Source: an uncultured Lachnospiraceae bacterium
Lineage (GTDB): Bacteria > Bacillota > Clostridia > Lachnospirales > Lachnospiraceae
Length of the DNA: 64,000 nt
Assembly (NCBI GenBank): GCA_934317845.1
Contig: CAKRES010000005.1
Coordinates: 51,988 to 115,987 of the forward strand
Direction: 5' to 3'
Shown here: positions 61,566 to 64,000 of the stretch, piece by piece
Layout of the letters: the number at the start of each line of letters is the position of its first letter
How positions within the stretch are numbered: position 1 is the stretch's first letter
Notes under the pieces: generated by a model
What the model was told of the DNA's origin: nothing
Database searches by the model: none
The model's input: only the letters and a program-made list of their open reading frames with translations
Program-made: the position numbers and the translations under genes

Positions 61566-61718
61566 GTAACCGCCCCAGTGGGTTTCAGGTAAGTTTTCAG
61601 GCTCATTTGCACGCGTCGGTGCTTATGCCCTGTATTTTAGGGCATTACGCACCGCTACGCAGTGCAACGAAGCGAGAGCGTGCCTGAAAAATACCTGATC
61701 CCACAAAGGGGCGTTACC
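61566..61718 (-). repeat. ~150-bp long imperfect palindrome / extended hairpin in the leuC 3' region
   Basis: left arm gtaaccgcccc...ggtgcttatgccc and right arm gggcattacgcacc...ggggcgttacc are reverse complements with a few bulges and one ~24-nt insertion; centre loop tgtatttta; locally GC-rich. Confidence 0.6.
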
Positions 61719-61743
61719 ATCCAGAGTCGGAAAATTTAATGCA

Positions 61744-62979
61744 TTACGGCATTACGATCTCGCCCACAATGGCAGAAGCTGCCGCAGTTGCAGGTGATCC
61801 CAGATAAATGCCAACTTTGGAGGTACCCATTCGTCCTAAGAAGTTGCGGTTATTCGTTGCAAGTACCTTCTCCCCATCGGTTAAGATTCCACCGCTTCGT
61901 CCACAGCACAATCCACAGCCCGGCTGGGTAATGATGCATCCTGCCTCTGCCAAAGTCTGCATGTAACCCTTTTCGATTGCTTCCAGATATATCTTACGGC
62001 TTGCCGGAGTAATGATACACTTCACGGCTACCTTCTTTCCCTTTAAGATAGAAGCTGCAACTTCCAGATCCTCTAAACGTCCATTCGTGCAGGAACCGAT
62101 AAATACCTGATCCAGCTTTGTTCCGGCAATCTCCTTCACATCATGGATATTGTCTACCTGGGAAGGACACGCACAGACTGGAACAAGATCCCTAGCATCA
62201 TAATGCATCACCTTACAGTAAGTGGCATCCTCATCTCCGTAGATCCAATCCACCTCATCCATGGCTACCTTGGAATACTCACAGGTCTTTTCATCCGGAC
62301 GGAACAGACATGCCTTTGCGCCGGCCTCGATCGCCATATTGGATATGGTCATACGGGATGCTACACTCATGGCATCCACCGCAGAACCACTGATCTCCAA
62401 TGCCTTATAAGTTGCACCGTCAGAGCGCAGATCACCGAGCAGGCGTAAGATGACATCCTTGGCATACACATTGTCCGGCAGGGTTCCATCAATCACAACC
62501 TTGATCGTTTCCGGCACACGGATCCACATTTCCCCGGTTCCCAAAATAGATGCCATCTCGGTATAACCGATTCCGGAAGAAAAGCAGCCGACGCAGCCAT
62601 AAGTGGTCGTGTGAGAATCCGTTCCAAATACAATATTTCCCGGCTTTGCATATCCGGCTTCCGTCATTAACTGATGACAGATTCCATCACTTCGATGGAC
62701 ATGGGTCAGACCATATTTCTTTGCAAACTGATCTCCAATCTTAAAATGGCGTACATCCTCTACCGCACTGGTCGGCACTAAATGATCGTAGATCAATACT
62801 ACCTTATCCGGATCCCAGAGCTTTTGAAATCCCATCTCTTCAAACTTTTCTGCCACAAACGGAATGAAAATATCATGGATCATGACACGGTCAACCTGTA
62901 CCGTTACAATATCTCCCGGCTTTATATTCTCCGCATCCGTATGGCGCGCTATGATCTTTTCAATTAACGTATGTCCCAC
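61744..62979 (-). CDS. leuC: 3-isopropylmalate (or related) dehydratase large subunit, archaeal-type LeuC/HACN family
   Basis: aconitase-family motifs GTDSHT, SCTNGR, GCGLCCG; 411 aa. Confidence 0.8.
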   Translation of the reverse strand: MGHTLIEKIIARHTDAENIKPGDIVTVQVDRVMIHDIFIPFVAEKFEEMGFQKLWDPDKVVLIYDHLVPTSAVEDVRHFKIGDQFAKKYGLTHVHRSDGICHQLMTEAGYAKPGNIVFGTDSHTTTYGCVGCFSSGIGYTEMASILGTGEMWIRVPETIKVVIDGTLPDNVYAKDVILRLLGDLRSDGATYKALEISGSAVDAMSVASRMTISNMAIEAGAKACLFRPDEKTCEYSKVAMDEVDWIYGDEDATYCKVMHYDARDLVPVCACPSQVDNIHDVKEIAGTKLDQVFIGSCTNGRLEDLEVAASILKGKKVAVKCIITPASRKIYLEAIEKGYMQTLAEAGCIITQPGCGLCCGRSGGILTDGEKVLATNNRNFLGRMGTSKVGIYLGSPATAAASAIVGEIVMP

Positions 62980-62993
62980 GTGTTTTCCCTCCT

Positions 62994-63485
62994 TTAAATC
63001 AAACCATTTCTCTTCTGCATCGCTTTTACCAGACCACCTGCATTGATAATATCCATGAGATTATCCGGAAGGCTCGCGATCGGATAGTCCTTTCCCTGAT
63101 AGGAAATATTTTCTCCGAGCGTTACGGTCAGGGAATCTCCCTCTTTTACCACATCCTGAATGTCACTGTTTTCAATCAGCAGCAGTCCATTGTTGATCGA
63201 ATTGCGGAAGAAAATGCGGGCATAAGATTTCGCGATCACACATTTCACCTTTAACGCCTTGATGATCTCCGGCGCCTGCTCTCTGCTCGAACCGCAGCCA
63301 AAGTTCTTTCCGGCTACGATAATGTCACCTTCTTTGATCTGCCCTGCCAACTCCGGACGAAGAGGAGAAAACCCATACTGTTTCATATCTTCTACACTTG
63401 GAAGTGCCAGATACTCGGTAGGAATGATAATATCAGTATCTATGTCATCTCCGAGCACCCATACTTTACCTGTAAACTGTTCCAT
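62994..63485 (-). CDS. leuD: 3-isopropylmalate dehydratase small subunit (archaeal type)
   Basis: 163 aa, swivel-domain motifs GDDIDTDIIIP, GKNFGCGSSRE. Confidence 0.85.
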   Translation of the reverse strand: MEQFTGKVWVLGDDIDTDIIIPTEYLALPSVEDMKQYGFSPLRPELAGQIKEGDIIVAGKNFGCGSSREQAPEIIKALKVKCVIAKSYARIFFRNSINNGLLLIENSDIQDVVKEGDSLTVTLGENISYQGKDYPIASLPDNLMDIINAGGLVKAMQKRNGLI

Positions 63486-63503
63486 TTTGCTGCTCCTTTC
63501 CTG

Positions 63504-64000
63504 CTATTTCACATCCTGCGCTCCGGTGATATAGCCTGCCACCGCACTGGCAGCAACTGTCGCTGCACTCGCCATATAAACTTTGGAGCTTGGACTTCCA
63601 CAACGTCCCTTGAAATTTCTCGTTCCGGTTGAGATCAATACTTCATTTTCACCGATCACGCCCTGGCAGCTTCCCCAGCATACCGAACAGTTCGGATTCA
63701 TGATCATTGCTCCCGCTTCCATCAAGGTTGAAATGATGCCCTCATTCATGGCATCAATATATACCTGCTGGGATGCAGGTGCCACAAGGAACCGCACCGT
63801 ATCTGCAACCTTTTTTCCACGTACGACATCTGCCGCTGCTCTCAGATCACACAGACGTCCATTGTTGCAGGAACCTAAAAATGCCTGATCGATCGCGATC
63901 TTTTCTTCTTTCACCTCGGAAAGCGTGGCAAAATTATCTACAAAGTCCGGTCTTACCACAACCGGTTCGATCTTGGAAAGATCATACTCATAAACGGCAG
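63504..64000 (-). CDS. second aconitase-family (LeuC-type) dehydratase large subunit, C-terminal part; the N-terminal part lies beyond the window edge
   Basis: C-terminal region (GSCNNGRL...NCSVCWGSCQG...GTRNFKGR) is homologous to the C-terminus of the leuC at 61744-62979. Confidence 0.65.
   Translation of the reverse strand, partial: AVYEYDLSKIEPVVVRPDFVDNFATLSEVKEEKIAIDQAFLGSCNNGRLCDLRAAADVVRGKKVADTVRFLVAPASQQVYIDAMNEGIISTLMEAGAMIMNPNCSVCWGSCQGVIGENEVLISTGTRNFKGRCGSPSSKVYMASAATVAASAVAGYITGAQDVK

Noticed and set aside
61560-61743. T-box leader or leucine attenuator next to leuC
   Set aside because: The region is downstream of the leuC stop on the minus strand and upstream of an ECF sigma, not upstream of an amino-acid gene. 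Only a partial resemblance to the T-box core (GGaTGGTAaCGCc vs GGGTGGTACCGCG). The dominant signal is a long palindrome instead

Overview
Clostridia-like (Firmicutes) core chromosomal region. About 50 genes, almost all on the minus strand, mostly amino-acid biosynthesis and housekeeping. Recognisable runs: leuB-ilvD-ilvB-serC-serA-asd, ilvH-gntR-ilvC, recJ-apt-relA, tgt-yajC ... secDF, xpt-pbuX, aroE, aroC, argJ, aspS, clpX, pyrB and an archaeal-type leuC/leuD set. No rRNA, tRNA, CRISPR, IS or phage genes were seen. The hunt for an undescribed system gave only weak candidates. The best supported are: (1) an unlisted 47-aa SCIFF ribosomal peptide gene (scfA) with its radical-SAM/SPASM maturase and an intervening hairpin, a known but uncharacterised system; (2) a ~150-bp long imperfect palindrome in the leuC 3' region that would fold into one extended RNA hairpin; (3) a two-gene module encoding a coiled-coil/MgtE_N-like membrane protein and a 1132-aa TPR protein with a degenerate J domain (HPD replaced by RPE); (4) two tandem GntR-type palindromic operators in the ilvC leader just downstream of a GntR/FCD regulator gene. 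Several strong sigma-A promoters and intrinsic terminators can be read directly. Gene calls rest on motif-level reading of the translated ORFs; no database search was run.
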